From Mytilus edulis (lineage: Eukaryota): DNA of 64,000 nt. The DNA is taken from positions 18,476,001-18,540,000 of the forward strand of contig NC_092344.1 of assembly GCF_963676685.1 (NCBI RefSeq), written 5' to 3'. This document shows, one piece after another, positions 25,195-38,189 of the stretch (position 1 is its first letter; every line of letters begins with the position of its first letter). Under the pieces are notes generated by a model, which was not told the origin of the DNA, did no database searches, and saw only the letters and a program-made list of their open reading frames with translations. The position numbers and the translations under genes were made by a program.

Positions 25195-28100
25195 TCACCA
25201 CGTTGACCGACGACCAACAGTTATTCGTAGGACTGATCCACATACAGGACAATTAGGATAAGTCTTGACATCCTTCTTGGGAATATGCCAACAGTGGCCA
25301 CATCTCATACGATATTTCTTGAACCTACAGAAAAACGACAAAGTATATGTTTTCGGCAATATTTCTCAAATTGTTCTCCCCACAGTCTCAATTTATAGGA
25401 CAAATAATAAAATCTTGATTGAGTTTACTTATGAAAAAAAAACGTTAACGATGATGATGTCTTCATCACCCAAAGAAGCAACAGAAAAAAAGAAAGGACA
25501 AATATGAGATACATGACAGTTAATTTTAAAGTAGACATTCATATTTCGCGCATATAAAACATGGATCCATTATTGCATTCCATGCATGTTCATAGTTTTA
25601 TTTAAATTTTTCGTTTCCGCTTTCAGAGTTATTTGGTAATCCATACAATTTCGTGTTTTCATCATGACAACATTGAAAATTCAAAAAAAACTATTAAATA
25701 AACGATTCTGCTTATTTTTAGTGTTTGGTACAGGTTGACTGTCAATGTGCAAGTTATATAGAACTGTTTGTCATGGGAAATAAGAATGTGTTCAAAGTAC
25801 ATGGATGTCCCACTCGCACTATCATTCCCTATATTCAGTGGACCGTGAAATTGGTGTCAAAACTCTAATTTGGCATTAGAAATCAGAAAGATCATATCAT
25901 AGGGAACATGTGTACTAAGTTTACAGTTGATTGGACTTCAACTTCAGCAAAAACTACCTTGACCAAAAAATTTAACCTGAAGTGGGACAGACAGACGGAC
26001 GGACGAACGAAAGAACGTACGAACGAACGAACAGACGCACAGCCCGAAAAACATAATACCCATAAATGATGCATAAAAACAGGGAACTCTAATTGTCAAA
26101 AAACACTGCTAAAATCCAAACATAATATCCACACTGATCTGTGTCCACACTTATATAATAAACATCTTGCAAAACAAAATTCGTTGATTGATAGATAATT
26201 GCAAATGCTTTGAAATGCTAACAAATTCTCACAAGATATGAAAGGTGTGTAAATATCATATTTAAAAATTAATCAACTTCCAGAAATAGAATTATACCTT
26301 ATACCACATGCATTACACAATGGAGTACCATCCTCAGCATCTCGCCATAATGGTGTTCTTCTTGTGGAACAGGAGGCACACATTTTGGCTGTAATCAAAT
26401 AGAAAACAAGATAATTATGGAACAGATCTTCAGCAAAAGTAACTTCAGTCAGTTTAGAGGTAGTAATAGTGGAAGTAACGTTTTTTATTAAAAAAAAAAA
26501 TACAGCAATATATATATATATATATATATAATATGTATCGCTATTTACCATTTCTGACAATATTGGACGAGTCCATTATTTATGTCAACGAAGACTACCA
26601 AGAAGCAATACTGTCTGACTAAGTTTCTCCCCCGTTAATATATTCTATTCTATATTAACTCAGGGTTTTTTCAACCACTAAGCAGGAAGCAGGTATTCAT
26701 GAGCCAGATTTCACACTTGTTTTGGTTTCAAAACATGAATTCTTGGTTATGTACACATGCAAATCAGATTACAGTTTCAGTTGTAAAAATTAGTCTCGGA
26801 AATGATAATCATTGACTACATGCAGACAATGCTCATAACTAAAGGCTACTAATGATAAGAATAATATGTTAACCCCGCCACAATCTGTATGCAGAGCTTC
26901 TACCAAGTCAGGAGAGCCTGTAATTCAGTGGTTGTCGTTGGTCGCAGTATATCATATTTAGACTTGGTAGAGGCACCTCATACAGGTTGTGGCGGGTTAA
27001 ACATATTATCTGGTTTCTTGTTTTGTTTATAAGTCAAGTCGGTCGTTTTTTATTGGTATTTTTTTACATTTCGTCATTTTTGTGGCCTTTTCAAACTATA
27101 GGGTTCGTGTTTTTCTTTATTGTTGAAGGCCCTATGTTGGCATGTAATATTGCTTACATTTACGGGGGAATTTATAAATCCTCAACATATATAAAGGAGA
27201 TATTTTCTCATGTTGTGTCTTTGGTCCTCGGTTGTGCTTTCGAACCACGTATGTGGCAGGTGCGCTCGACTCCGATCTTAATTGACAAGAATGGTCAGTT
27301 TTTCAGCCAAAGGTCGGTGTTTATCTCTAGGCAATCCGACTTCCTCCACCAATTAAAACTTACCGTCAAGAAATATGGTATAAGGCTGAAAGTGGCGTTA
27401 TAGGCCAATCAATAAATCTTATTTTCTTTGTCCACAGTCTAAAAAAAAATCTTGAGAAAAGTGAAACCCGAGATAACTCCGATATTTTTACGTGTAGAAA
27501 GCTCTATTATATATTTTTTTTATACGTCATATTTCTTTAAATATCAGACGGAAGCTACCTCTCGGAATATTATTTTAATGCTATATTATGTCGATCTTTT
27601 TTCCACTTATTTCACAAGATCATATTTTGTTCCCTGTAGCAATCCTATAAAAAAAAAATGAAATGAATTTGCAGCTAGGAAGATCGGCGACCATGTCTGT
27701 GATATATATAAAGACTAGGGCGATGCCACTGCCGGTTGAGGTTGTTTTCCCGAGGGTACCACTAGCCCAGTAGTCAGCACTTTCGTGTTGACAATGATAA
27801 CTCATTGATATGGTCATAATCATAAATTAACTGTTGATAAAACTTATAATTTTTCGAAACCCCAAGTATTTTCTACCCTAGGAAGAGATCACCTAAGCTA
27901 TATATTTGGCAAAACTATCGGAATTTTGGGTTATCAATGCTCTTTAACTTTGAACTTAAATTGGTCATTTCTTTTATTCGAGCGTCACAGCCGTTTTTTG
28001 GCTGCAGTTTCCTAATGTCATAAAGGATTATGCAATCATTTACAGTAAAAAAGAATTATCTGGATTGGCTTGTGCATTTCAGCGATGATAACTAGTAATA

Positions 28101-29747
28101 CTGTTTGAGTCTAAAGACAAAATTCTGTTGAAAAATACTGATATTATAGGTCGTGGTATTAAAGAATAACCTACACGAACAAGGGATGTAATAATTAGCT
28201 GTTTCCTGTGATTCTGGTAAATCTTCATCTTCACTCAAAGAGCCATACAATCCATAGAAAGATTCTCCACATTCATGGTTTCTTTTATTCAGCAAATAAT
28301 TCACATTACTATAAAATAAAAAATAAATGCACTTTTGATATTGTTTTATTCACAATCTTAGTCATGTAAAATTTAGAAATGATACTAGAAAGTTGCTACG
28401 TGACGAATTTACAGATGTCAAACGTCACCGTCTTGGGGTCTACATTGACGAACTGACGATACACGTCCAACATTGAGATTTGTGATATTTGACTATTAAA
28501 AATTATCAAATACGACTCTATGTATTTGGATATGAGATAAAAATTTATTGATTTTCATACTTCCCAAAATCATAACTGGTAAGCTGTAAAAGCTACCCAC
28601 CGAACAATGCTATTTTCTATGGTGGCCGGATGCGGCCATTTCGCCGTTTCGTGTTTTCTCGTTTTCTCCTCTCACTTTTTCAACGCGAAATCGGAAAATC
28701 GAGAAATCGAGAAAGCGAAATCGAGAAATCGGGAAATCTAGAAATAGGTAAATCGAGAAATAGGAAAATTTAGAAATCGAGAAATCGGGAAATCGAGAAA
28801 TCGAGAAATCGGGAAATCGAGAAATCGAGAAAGCAAAAACGAGAAAACACGAAAGCGAAAACAAGAAATCGGGAAATCGAGAAAGCAAAAACGAGAAAAC
28901 ACGAAAGCGAAAACGCGAATGGAAATAGAGAAATCGAGAAAGCAAAAACGAGAAAACATGAAAGCGAAAACGCAAAAACGCAAATGAATGATGCGGTCAT
29001 TTCCCCTTTTCGTGTTTTCGCGTTTTCTCCTCTCACTTTTCCAACGCAAAATCGGGAAATCGAGAAATTGAGAAATCGGGAAATCGATAAATCGGGAAAT
29101 CGGGAAATCGAGAAAGCAAAAACGCAAAATCGAGAAATTCATTTCGCGCTTTCGCTTTTTCGCTTTCATGTTTTCGCGTTTTTGCTTTCTCGATTTCTCG
29201 ATTTCCCGATTTTCCTATTTCTCGATTTCTCGATTTTCCGATTTCCCAATTTCGCGTTTGCAAAGTGAAGGAAGAAAACACGAAAACGCGAAAACGCGAA
29301 ATGGCCGCATCTGGCCACCATAGAAATGGCCGCATCCGGCCACCATAATTTTCCATATTCAAAATTTTCGAGGTTCAAAGGCATTACAGGAAGACACAAT
29401 TGTTCCAAACTAAAGTCTAAAGTGCTTGTCCGTGCTCCTAAATTCTATATATTTAGAGGAGAAGCAAACAATTTAATGTTCAACAAAGAGTCATATCGAT
29501 GGTGATGCAGGGCAGAGGTTCGACTTACGCTATTTATTATACTGTAACTACCTGAAGTGTGCTGATATGAATAGGTGACTGTCTCCATCTTTCACGTGGG
29601 TCATCATAGAAACTGTTGCGCCTTTGAATGATGGGTCTGTTTTTGATGCACTTCTAGTTGGTTTATAGCACTTTCTTCTCCTTCTAAATGTTGGAGAACA
29701 TGTATCATCTGAGGATGACGCCTCCGAACTGTCGTCAACAGACATGG
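25195..29747 (-). CDS. ZGLP1: GATA-type zinc finger protein 1 (ZGLP1-like)
   Basis: Phase-consistent exons: 29747-29552, 28308-28175, 26388-26298, 25324-25195 (TGA). Motifs: RRRRKCYKPTRSASKTDPSFKGATV, CASCSTRRTPLWRDAEDGTPLCNACGIR, FKKYRMRCGHCWHIPKK...CPVCG. These match the ZGLP1 signatures rather than canonical GATA1-6. The start may be the ATG at 29745 or lie in an unidentified upstream exon. Confidence 0.9.
25782..26079 (-). mobile_element. Helentron-type non-autonomous element, family A, in the last ZGLP1 intron
   Basis: Reverse complement of 8599-8943, including the gacagacagacggacggacgaacg tract. Confidence 0.75.
27225..27418 (+). mobile_element. Degenerate SINE with a V-domain-like core
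   Basis: B-box-like ttcgaacc, then ggtcggtgtttatctctaggcaatccgacttcctccaccaattaaaact...gctgaaagtggcgtta and a caatcaat tail. Family assignment is from memory. Confidence 0.5.
28617..29347. mobile_element. Foldback-like element with (aaatcgag/aaatcggg)n interior in a ZGLP1 intron
   Basis: TIRs ctatggtggccggatgcggccatttcgc (28617) and gcgaaatggccgcatctggccaccatag (ends 29323). There is an extra tandem TIR copy at 29324-29347 and an internal restart of the left arm at ~28989. Confidence 0.8.
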
Positions 29748-30139
29748 CTATGAAGAAAGATAAAAGTTAGAAAAAATACACAAGGAACTCCAGTTATTAG
29801 TAAATTGGTATAAGTAACGAGTTATGAGTATTGAAGACATGAACGGTCAGCTATACATTGAAAACAATCTGTCAAAACAGGAATATGGATATTATTGAGT
29901 GAATTAACTAGAAGTTAAGGAAAAGGATGTGGCAGTTGCCTTCCTGTGTCTGTATGACTGCACTCAACTCTTCGTTCAATTGCAGACCACCACAGTAACC
30001 AGCGAATTTCAACTGATAGCAAAAAAATCAAATATGTAACATGTATTTTCAGTTGGTTCGATTTTCGTATTTGCAATTTTGTAACTTTGCAACTCGTCCA
30101 GAAAGCGATATTTTCATTGGTGAACAAATCTATTAGTAA

Positions 30140-30433
30140 ATTGAATTAAGGATATACTAAAATCAATTAAGTGTATACTAAAATCGTTATTTTATTATGA
30201 CCTTGATTCCGCGCCTATATATTTCTGTATAAGCTGAATGTTATCCTAAAATCATTTAAGTATATACTGAATTGACTTTAGGATACCCTAAAATGATTTT
30301 AGTATATGCTAAAATCATTTTAGGATATCCTAAAATCAATTTAGGGTATGCTAAAATGTAATTTAGTATATACTGAAATCATTTTAGGATATACTAAAAT
30401 CGATATTTATGACCCTGATTCCGCGCGCCATAG
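30140..30433. repeat. ~22-bp palindromic minisatellite (ttaggatatactaaaatca), probably a MITE remnant
   Basis: Tandem units, plus tatgacc(t/c)tgattccgcgc present twice, ending gcgccatag. Confidence 0.6.
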
Positions 30434-33400
30434 TGAAACTAAAAAAAAATAATTCATTGTTACATTTTCATGCGGTTGTCCCAATTCAGGAACGTTGTCA
30501 GTTTTTGTCTTTGGTAGTATATTGGTGCTTTTTGTCTTTTAAATGATTTTGGGTAATATATGTTCAATAGGCATTAGCTATCAAATTCATGTTTACCAAT
30601 TTTACTTAAATTCTCATCATACAAAAACGTATATCACGGTATATCTAAATTACAAAAAGTCTGAAATGAATAATACATAGACTCGATAATATGTATCAGC
30701 ATTTCGTGATTATTTTTGTTTATCATTCATCTAGTTAATCATTGAGATAACCTCCGAAGACCACCGATGATCATATATTCCGATATAAACATAAACTCTA
30801 TAAATATAAATAGATAGCGACCACGTGCAATTGAATTTTTCTGGGTCTGTTTTAATTCATAATGTAGGTTAAAATAGTATGCTTAACATAGTTTTTTTCT
30901 TTTGTGGATCGCATTAACATGTAATGATTCGTCTATGTTTCACTTTAAATGTAGACATTTTTACATGTGTAACGCCATCTCCAGCAAAGTGTTCAATTAA
31001 AGGTCACAAGAATACGGTTTCAATCAGGTGGAATTATCACTTGCAAGCTAATGACTTTTTAAGGTCGCCAAGTTATTGATGCGTTTACTTATAGTATAGA
31101 CATGGTTCTGGTTGTATCAGATCAAATGCTGATCTTTAGAAAATGATAAAAAGAAGACGTTTTGTACTGATTTATGATACAAATTTCCTAAAGATATTGG
31201 GGATCGGCTGTTGCATTGACGTTTATTAATCAAGACTAAATCTTAATTGAGCAATTTGACCACTAAAATTATCAAAATTACAATTTAAGTTAGTATAAAC
31301 TGTGCAACTTTCAACCATCAAATAATTTCAGTAGAATCTCAGTGTGGTTATAATTTAATTGCTGTAAATATTTTCGGGGTTGCACATTTTGTTCGTTTTG
31401 CCTCAGTCATAGTATTTTTTTTACCCAGTTAAGTTTTTTGATCGTGGAGAATAAACCTTCATACAAGAGAAACCATATTTTCTTGTATTGCAAAACGGGT
31501 ACTCCTAGACCGAATTCTCTGTCTCTATATAGCATATATTGTCTGATCATCATTTCCCTTTTTACTATTTTTTGCTTTATTCATTTTTTTTTGTTTTTGT
31601 TTGCCATATATGCTCAAATTCACCAAAGAGTAAAGGTCAAGTCATACCCAGCTTTTGTAGTTATATACAAAAATATTCTGATATAGTGTACAATTTTGTC
31701 GTACAATAGCTACAATTTTATACAAATTTTTTAGTCCTGAAGTCGTGGAATATTTTTTTACAGGCACGCCTTTTTGACATGACCAGAGATACAGATATAC
31801 TTTACATTTACTGTATCACAAATCTACTCTGAATGTTAAAGTTCAGGTCAACTTGTCCAGGTTTTGACGAGAGGGTAATACGTATTGACAGCACTTGGGA
31901 GAGAGAAAAAACTACAGGCTACTGATGGACGATGTGGCAATGAACAAAAAATCATCCTGTAGAAATTGCTTGATTCACATTTAGAAAGTACACTTTTCTA
32001 AGAAATTGACAACATTCAACAAACATTCAACTATAAGTCGAAATTCATAAAAAAAAAGTTCGTTCAAAATGTATTGTAATTTGTACCTGAATTAATAAGT
32101 TCCGTATAATAAAAATTGTCTCTATAAAATGAGTAGTTAAAATTGTCTATTCGCATGAGCCATAACAGCTAATATAATGGATACCAATGATGCATCATAG
32201 AGTCAAATTCTCTAAGTATAGTACACAACCGACTAAACTAAAGTGGTCAACTTACCTTTTGGTGTCTATGTACCCTGATCAACACAGACTGATTAAAGAT
32301 GAAATCACTGATATGGTCAATTTCTCCTTGGCATGCAGTTGAGTTACCAACAATCGTTGTTTTTTCTGGAAGACTTGAGCTTAATTCCCTTGGATGTACC
32401 TAGTAGTTTCTTGAAATAGCGTCACAACAACGACTCCATTGACTTATTGTCATTTATATGCAAATCGATGTCTATATTTGGGATTTGGCTTCGCACGCTT
32501 TTGGAGAGCAACCGATTGTAATTCATGAACGTAAAGTACATTCGACCACATGGTCCTTTGTGTTAGCTATACGTTCTATGTTACCAAACCTGTTTTTATT
32601 TTATCAAGAAATCATTGTTCACAAAATGAATTTCCGTTACATGATTTCGTGTAAGTAACTCAGTAGCTTATCGCCATCATTACTTTTATTATTTTACATG
32701 ATTTAAGGAAAACAAGTTTCACATTTTCTTTCTTTTTATCGGGAATGTAAATTTTTCACGCACTGTTTTTTTTTTTAAACATGTTTTACTAAGTGTTTTA
32801 GGGGATTTTCACCTGATTTCATTTTTCACATTCGCTTTCACGTCGGTGTGTCGCAGAATTTTTACAGTCGTCTTCTAGTTTGAGAGTTTTGTCTGGCATA
32901 TGATCTCATATCTTTGACCTTATTTCCATGGTTCAGTGACAAAACGTTAAGGTTTCGTGATAACGTCCGTTCCCCATATACGAAAAGCATTATAATCATC
33001 GTTATGTGTAATAGATTTGGTATAAATGATATAAAGATTGTAAGGAGTAAATGTCCGTCTGACATGATTTATCTGACCTTGAATGTCTTGGTTTTTGATG
33101 GCTTGTCCATTCACAAGATAGAAGTGTGGTTTCTTTTCACGGCTTCAAGAACCTCAATAACTTTTTCACTGACTGTTTCGCTCTCTGTTTGCATTGAATT
33201 TATAAGTCTAAATTGTAAATGTCTTCGCATGCAGTCTTGTGTTAGGCAAACATCAAGAAAAAACAAATGTGGTACAATTACTTCCAAAAAGGCGTCAACT
33301 GGTATGTCTCACTGCGTCTATGTGAAAATTCAGCCCGCTTTCTTCTTTACAACATATCTTTTACAAGATGGTGAGGTGTCAAAGAGTGGGAAAAAATAAG

Positions 33401-33499
33401 TCTCACGAAAATGTCCTATCAGAAAAATATAAAGATAAAGATTTTTCTCTCTAGAGGAAAACACAATTGAAAAGACTAGTTAACAATTTTTACGACTGA

Positions 33500-33650
33500 A
33501 AAAAATAAAGAACAGTGAGATTTTGTTACTCAGTAAAGGATTAAAGTATATACCGTCTCCCTCAACGAAATTTGCATGATCTAGCATTGCATCGAATTTC
33601 CATTAATTTGCCAGAAAACTACAGATGTAAATATCATATTGACAATACAG
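33500..33650 (+). pseudogene. Relic of a Penelope-like retroelement N-terminal region
   Basis: Translates EILLLSKGLKYIPSPS...NFH*FARKL-(frameshift)-RCKYHID, resembling the LSKGLxFxPTP...FxRKLR motif of Penelope-like ORFs. Stops and a frameshift are present. Confidence 0.55.
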
Positions 33651-33829
33651 TTATCATGATTAAACGTAGATTCAAATTTCGTTTATCAATGAAGTTTTCT
33701 TATCGTTTTAGGATTTTTCAGTAAAGTCTACGGATATGGATGGTAAACTATACCATATTGATTACGATGATTACGAACTATTTTCAACACATAATAAAAC
33801 TCCCAATTCCTTTTGAAACAATGACAAGA

Positions 33830-34320
33830 AATATATATAGCAATACACTAACCAAAACATGATTAAGATTTTATAAACACATAAAAAATGTTTTATTTAG
33901 AAACAAAGAAGAAAAAATATATAGTGAGTACATAATTGTAATACATTAAACTTTTACTAATGCCAGTAAACACGATTAAGATTTATCCAACACATAAAAA
34001 AATATATTTATAGCAATACACTTACGATCACTTACCATGCTTATCATTTATTCAAAACGTTGTCAGATTTGCACTAAATTGACTAGAAACATTGGAAAAA
34101 CATTTTAATTTATTTCAATGCACTAACCAAAACATGATTAAGAATTATCCAACACATAAATGAAATACTTTTAATATTGTTGTCAGAATCACACTTAAAT
34201 TAAAAACAATTTTTTTTTTATAGCAATAAACTTACCATGATACAAAAAAAAAACTTGTCAGAATCTCACATTATTTAGAAATAATGATATATATTTATAG
34301 CAATACACTTACTAAAACTC
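33830..34320. repeat. Irregular local tandem duplications (atttatagcaatacac...gattaagatttatccaacacataaa)
   Basis: Three to four diverged copies of the same modules. Confidence 0.6.
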
Positions 34321-35649
34321 GGTAGAATTGGGCGCGAACGTGTAGGGTGCAAACGGACTTTGGGTGCGAACGTCGTGTAGGGTGCAATAGTGAAAGGGGG
34401 CGAACGTGGATGGGTGCGAACGGACCCGGATTTAGCCAAACTCCGAAACAGTCGTGACATCTGGCTACGTTTCTTTGTAGAGAAAGGGAAGTATGACCCG
34501 AACGATAACACTGTATGGAGTTTGGGATTTAGCCTCTGCGCAGTTTTCAAGTGAAAACTGTTAACATTTTATTTTAGATATTTTATATATCACATCATCA
34601 ATAAAAAGCGTATTTGCCGCGATTTAAACAAAACCATTCGGAAAGGAAAAGTTCGGAACAGGACATGCGCACATCAGTGGTTGTGAAGATCAACAACATG
34701 GAGGATAACTGAACTATATTTGTGAAAAAAATACCCGATTTATGTCATAAATGTAGAGATATCAGCTTAATTATGAGACAATAACTTAATAGAAAAAGAG
34801 TAGACGAATTAGGTACAATATTTTATTGCCAAATTAATACTCAAAAGGTTCTATAGCCTAACTATAAAGAAGATATAGAAACAAGTGCCTGTGGTTGTAA
34901 AGCTTTATACCTTTATACCTTTATCTTCGGGTCGTTACATAAGCCAAAGGCTTCTACTGACCCCTCATCTTGGATTGTGGTATATGATTTCTCATCTCAT
35001 ACAAGAATATATTTATATATAATATATTAAACTTATCAAAAAATACTTATTTAGGTGTGCGCAGCTGAAACACTTAACACGAACATATGAATTTATATAT
35101 GTTCCAATTTTCGCCATTTAATGCAGACTTAAAATCATTCAGAGTCTTTGCCGTCACCGTTAAATCTGATTAAGTATTTTTAGTCATTTTGTATAATGCT
35201 TGTTAAGGTTAGGCATTTTCCAAATTGCCTGAAAATTCAGTCATTTTACAAAATGTCTAAATTTAGAAAATGCCTGTAACATATATATATTGTTCAGCCT
35301 GTATACCATAATTTTGGTTAATAAATCATTACCTTTATTCAGTACCATTCTATAAAAGCCCTACAAGACTCAAACTCGGTACTGATTACAGATTCGTAGG
35401 GTGCTACACTAACAAATAGAAATAGTAATCCTCTGAGTACGCAACCTACGACCTGTTTTCAGGTATATAAAATTATCCGACACACAACGCTTATAAGAAA
35501 GTTGTCCGTCAACGGAAGTTGGAACCCTCAGCCCCTTACAATAATATTAATAGTACTGGAAAGTTCTTGACTAGGGGTGGGTCTTTTCACCATCGAACAC
35601 TGCCGAACATCTCAAAAACCACCAACCACTAAGAAAAATTGTGATATTA

Positions 35650-35955
35650 TACAATAATTTAATTTTGGATGTAACGCGTCTTCTGATTGGCTGACGTTAT
35701 TTTGTTATGAGCCCATAGACATAATTTAGTCATGTGACCGTGATGTCATCAACGTTTTTTTATGGTTTTCTACGGTTTAAAATGGAATTAAGAATTAAAT
35801 TATAAGAAATGACTAATATTTTTTCTGTCTATTCGAAATAGCATAAAAAATATGGTGCACACTGTTAAATAACCCGCTACTCCCGTTATTCAGTGTGCAC
35901 CAAATTTTTTATGTTATTTCTTCATAGACAGAAAAAATATTACAGTCATTCCTTA
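35650..35955. mobile_element. Dispersed repeat ending in a long hairpin
   Basis: Inverted arms taagaaatgactaatattttttctgtctat...ggtgcacactg / cagtgtgcacc...atagacagaaaaaatattacagtcattcctta. A degenerate relative lies at ~55740-56010. Confidence 0.6.
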
Positions 35956-36567
35956 AATAAAATGATAAAACAAATGAAATTACGTATAATTTAATCAATT
36001 TTTTTTTATTTTTATGGGCATCATTTTTATGTTAAAATTGATAATAAATATAAGGAAAAACGTCTCCTGATTCATCAATCATCACTTTCCGGATTACATT
36101 GTGTGTGTTATTAAAATAAAAGAATTCAAATATATTCATAATTAGTAATCAGTTCAAGCATCCTTGATCTCTGTTCTCAGTTAGATTTTGATATTTGTCT
36201 CTTCTCTTATTATTGGTACTACTATTTTAAAGAAGAAAAAAAATGGAAAAAAATATACTTGAGGTGTCCATGGGGGTCTGCAGAGTTCAAAAAGTGGGGT
36301 GTTATAGACTCTCCCTTTCTGTTTTCTGTAGATATTTGGACTCTTAATCTTCTGATTTGTTGAATTAATAACTTGATTATTATATTTTAGTGACATTTAT
36401 AACGATAAAAGACAAAATAATAAATTTTTGGGGTGTTCAGTGGTGAAAAGACCTACCGCTTGACTAGCACTACTGAACATACATTTTCTATTTATAAACA
36501 TATATTAAAGGATAAAATAATACAAATAATAGTGTTATATCCAGGGTTTACTACAGAATCTGAGATT

Positions 36568-36992
36568 ATAGATTCCTACGCTGCAACAAGTGTATTACGA
36601 TATTTCTCCACTCGAGACAGTTAAATTTTATTATTTAAAGCGCGAGGCTTGCCGAGCTCTTTAAATAACTAAAATTTAACTGTCGAGAGTGGAGAAATAT
36701 CGTAATACACGAGTTATCATGGTTATAGTGTAGGAATCTGTTTCTCTAATGATTTTTATCCTTCTTTTTCAAAGATTTTCAGAAATTTGTGTTCTTTATA
36801 TGCGACGTCATCAGGCATGGTCGCCTTTTTTCATGACGTCACAATAGGAAAATTCAGAAGAAAACAAAACATTTAGACGTCATAATCAAATTTCGACTAA
36901 TCATTTGCCGAGAACAGATTTTTCACTTGTGAGGAGAAATATTTTTCTCACACCAGTCAGGAAATGTGAAAATAGCACAAAAATTAGAGAAA
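36568..36992. mobile_element. Hairpin-headed non-autonomous element (Crypton-like)
   Basis: Long inverted repeat gtgtattacgatatttctccactcgagacagttaaatttta / taaaatttaactgtcgagagtggagaaatatcgtaatacac around a cgaggcttgccgag loop. Confidence 0.55.
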
Positions 36993-37080
36993 GTATAAAA
37001 TTTCTGCTAAAAAGAAAAGTAAAATAAGAAAGGTTTCCTTTTGAACCTATATCTATTTACCAACTAAACATAGAAATATT

Positions 37081-38182
37081 CAGTGGTCTCGCTAGCCCAA
37101 AATAGAAGGGCGCCGCGCCCTGGGTGCCCTCAGCCGCGCCCTGGGTGCCTTCATCCGCGCCCTGTGTGCCTTCATCCGCGCCCTTCTGCCCTGACGTCTT
37201 TTTCCAAAATTCTCTTGTGCCGTTTTGGTAAAATTGCCTTTTGTTTCATCGATTTCTGATCTCCAAGTTAATTACATATCTGACACCTGTGTGATTGCCC
37301 CCAGGTTAATCATGTCATTATAATCAATTACAATGACAAAGACTTCAAAGGTGTTAATATCTAGGTAATTTAATTAGGACAATGTATCTTTTTGTCATAC
37401 ATTTGATGAATGTGTCAGTGAGTGTGATTAGCTTGGGTCGGCATTTTCGATTTCCAAGTCACAATGGAAGAGTGTATAAATGAAGACTTTCATGACTTTA
37501 GAATTGAATTTAAGTCATCAAAATAAAACTATACCTTCAGAGAAATGCCTTCCATCTCAACTTGTTAGCGACAAGCACAGTTTTTAATTAACGCAAACGT
37601 GTTGGAAATTAATTTTGGAGTTACTTCCCCTGTTTTAGCTTATTACAAATTTGTGCTCTAAAAATATTATCTAGTATCAAAAAAAGGAATAAAGAACCAA
37701 TTGAATATATAATAACATAATAATGTTACCTTAAGGATATTAACTGTCTATGAACATATTAAAAAAAATATATTGCAATTTCTGTTTGATAATTATACTT
37801 TTAGCAATCCATGTTCTAAACATTGATAAATTAGTAATACACAAAAAGTTAGAGATAATACGTTTAAAAAGCTGAAATTCTTATAAAAATAGAAGAAAAA
37901 TTCTTCGACAATGGGTAGAGTGAAGCTAAACTATAAACACATAATATGTTGATGAAGATGTACTATATAATTCATAACTACACAAACAATGAAATAAAGA
38001 CTATAGTTAAAATGCATCTTTATTTAAAAAAAAAAACATATACAGTAAAAAAAAAGAGATTCGTTAACTCGTGATACACACAGAAACGTAGACAAAAAAA
38101 ATAGCAGTGCCTTTTCTTATCATAAAAAGTGCCCTGCCCTCCACTGGCACCCTGCCCCTTTTGATTTCTAGCTAGAGCACTG
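37081..38182. mobile_element. ~1.1-kb TIR element (CAGTG...CACTG) with subterminal gtgccc/gcgccc repeats
   Basis: Termini cagtggtctcgctag / ctagctagagcactg, flanked on both sides by aatatt. Confidence 0.7.
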
Positions 38183-38189
38183 AATATTG

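Noticed and set aside
27715-27990. Dispersed repeat recalled as often ending in a hammerhead ribozyme
   Set aside because: Sequence stops at cgagcgtcac; no CTGATGA...GAAA core is present here, and a by-eye scan found none elsewhere.
28610-29408. Overlapping Phe/Arg/Ser-rich ORFs
   Set aside because: Translations of the octamer repeats inside the foldback element.
32914-33399. 161-aa plus-strand ORF
   Set aside because: Non-ATG start, no recognisable domain or splice context; the opposite strand looks more coding-like.
34319-34411. GC-rich gggtgcgaacg repeats as a promoter CpG island
   Set aside because: More likely a small repeat-built mobile element; similar motifs occur at ~62750-62790 and ~63430-63492.
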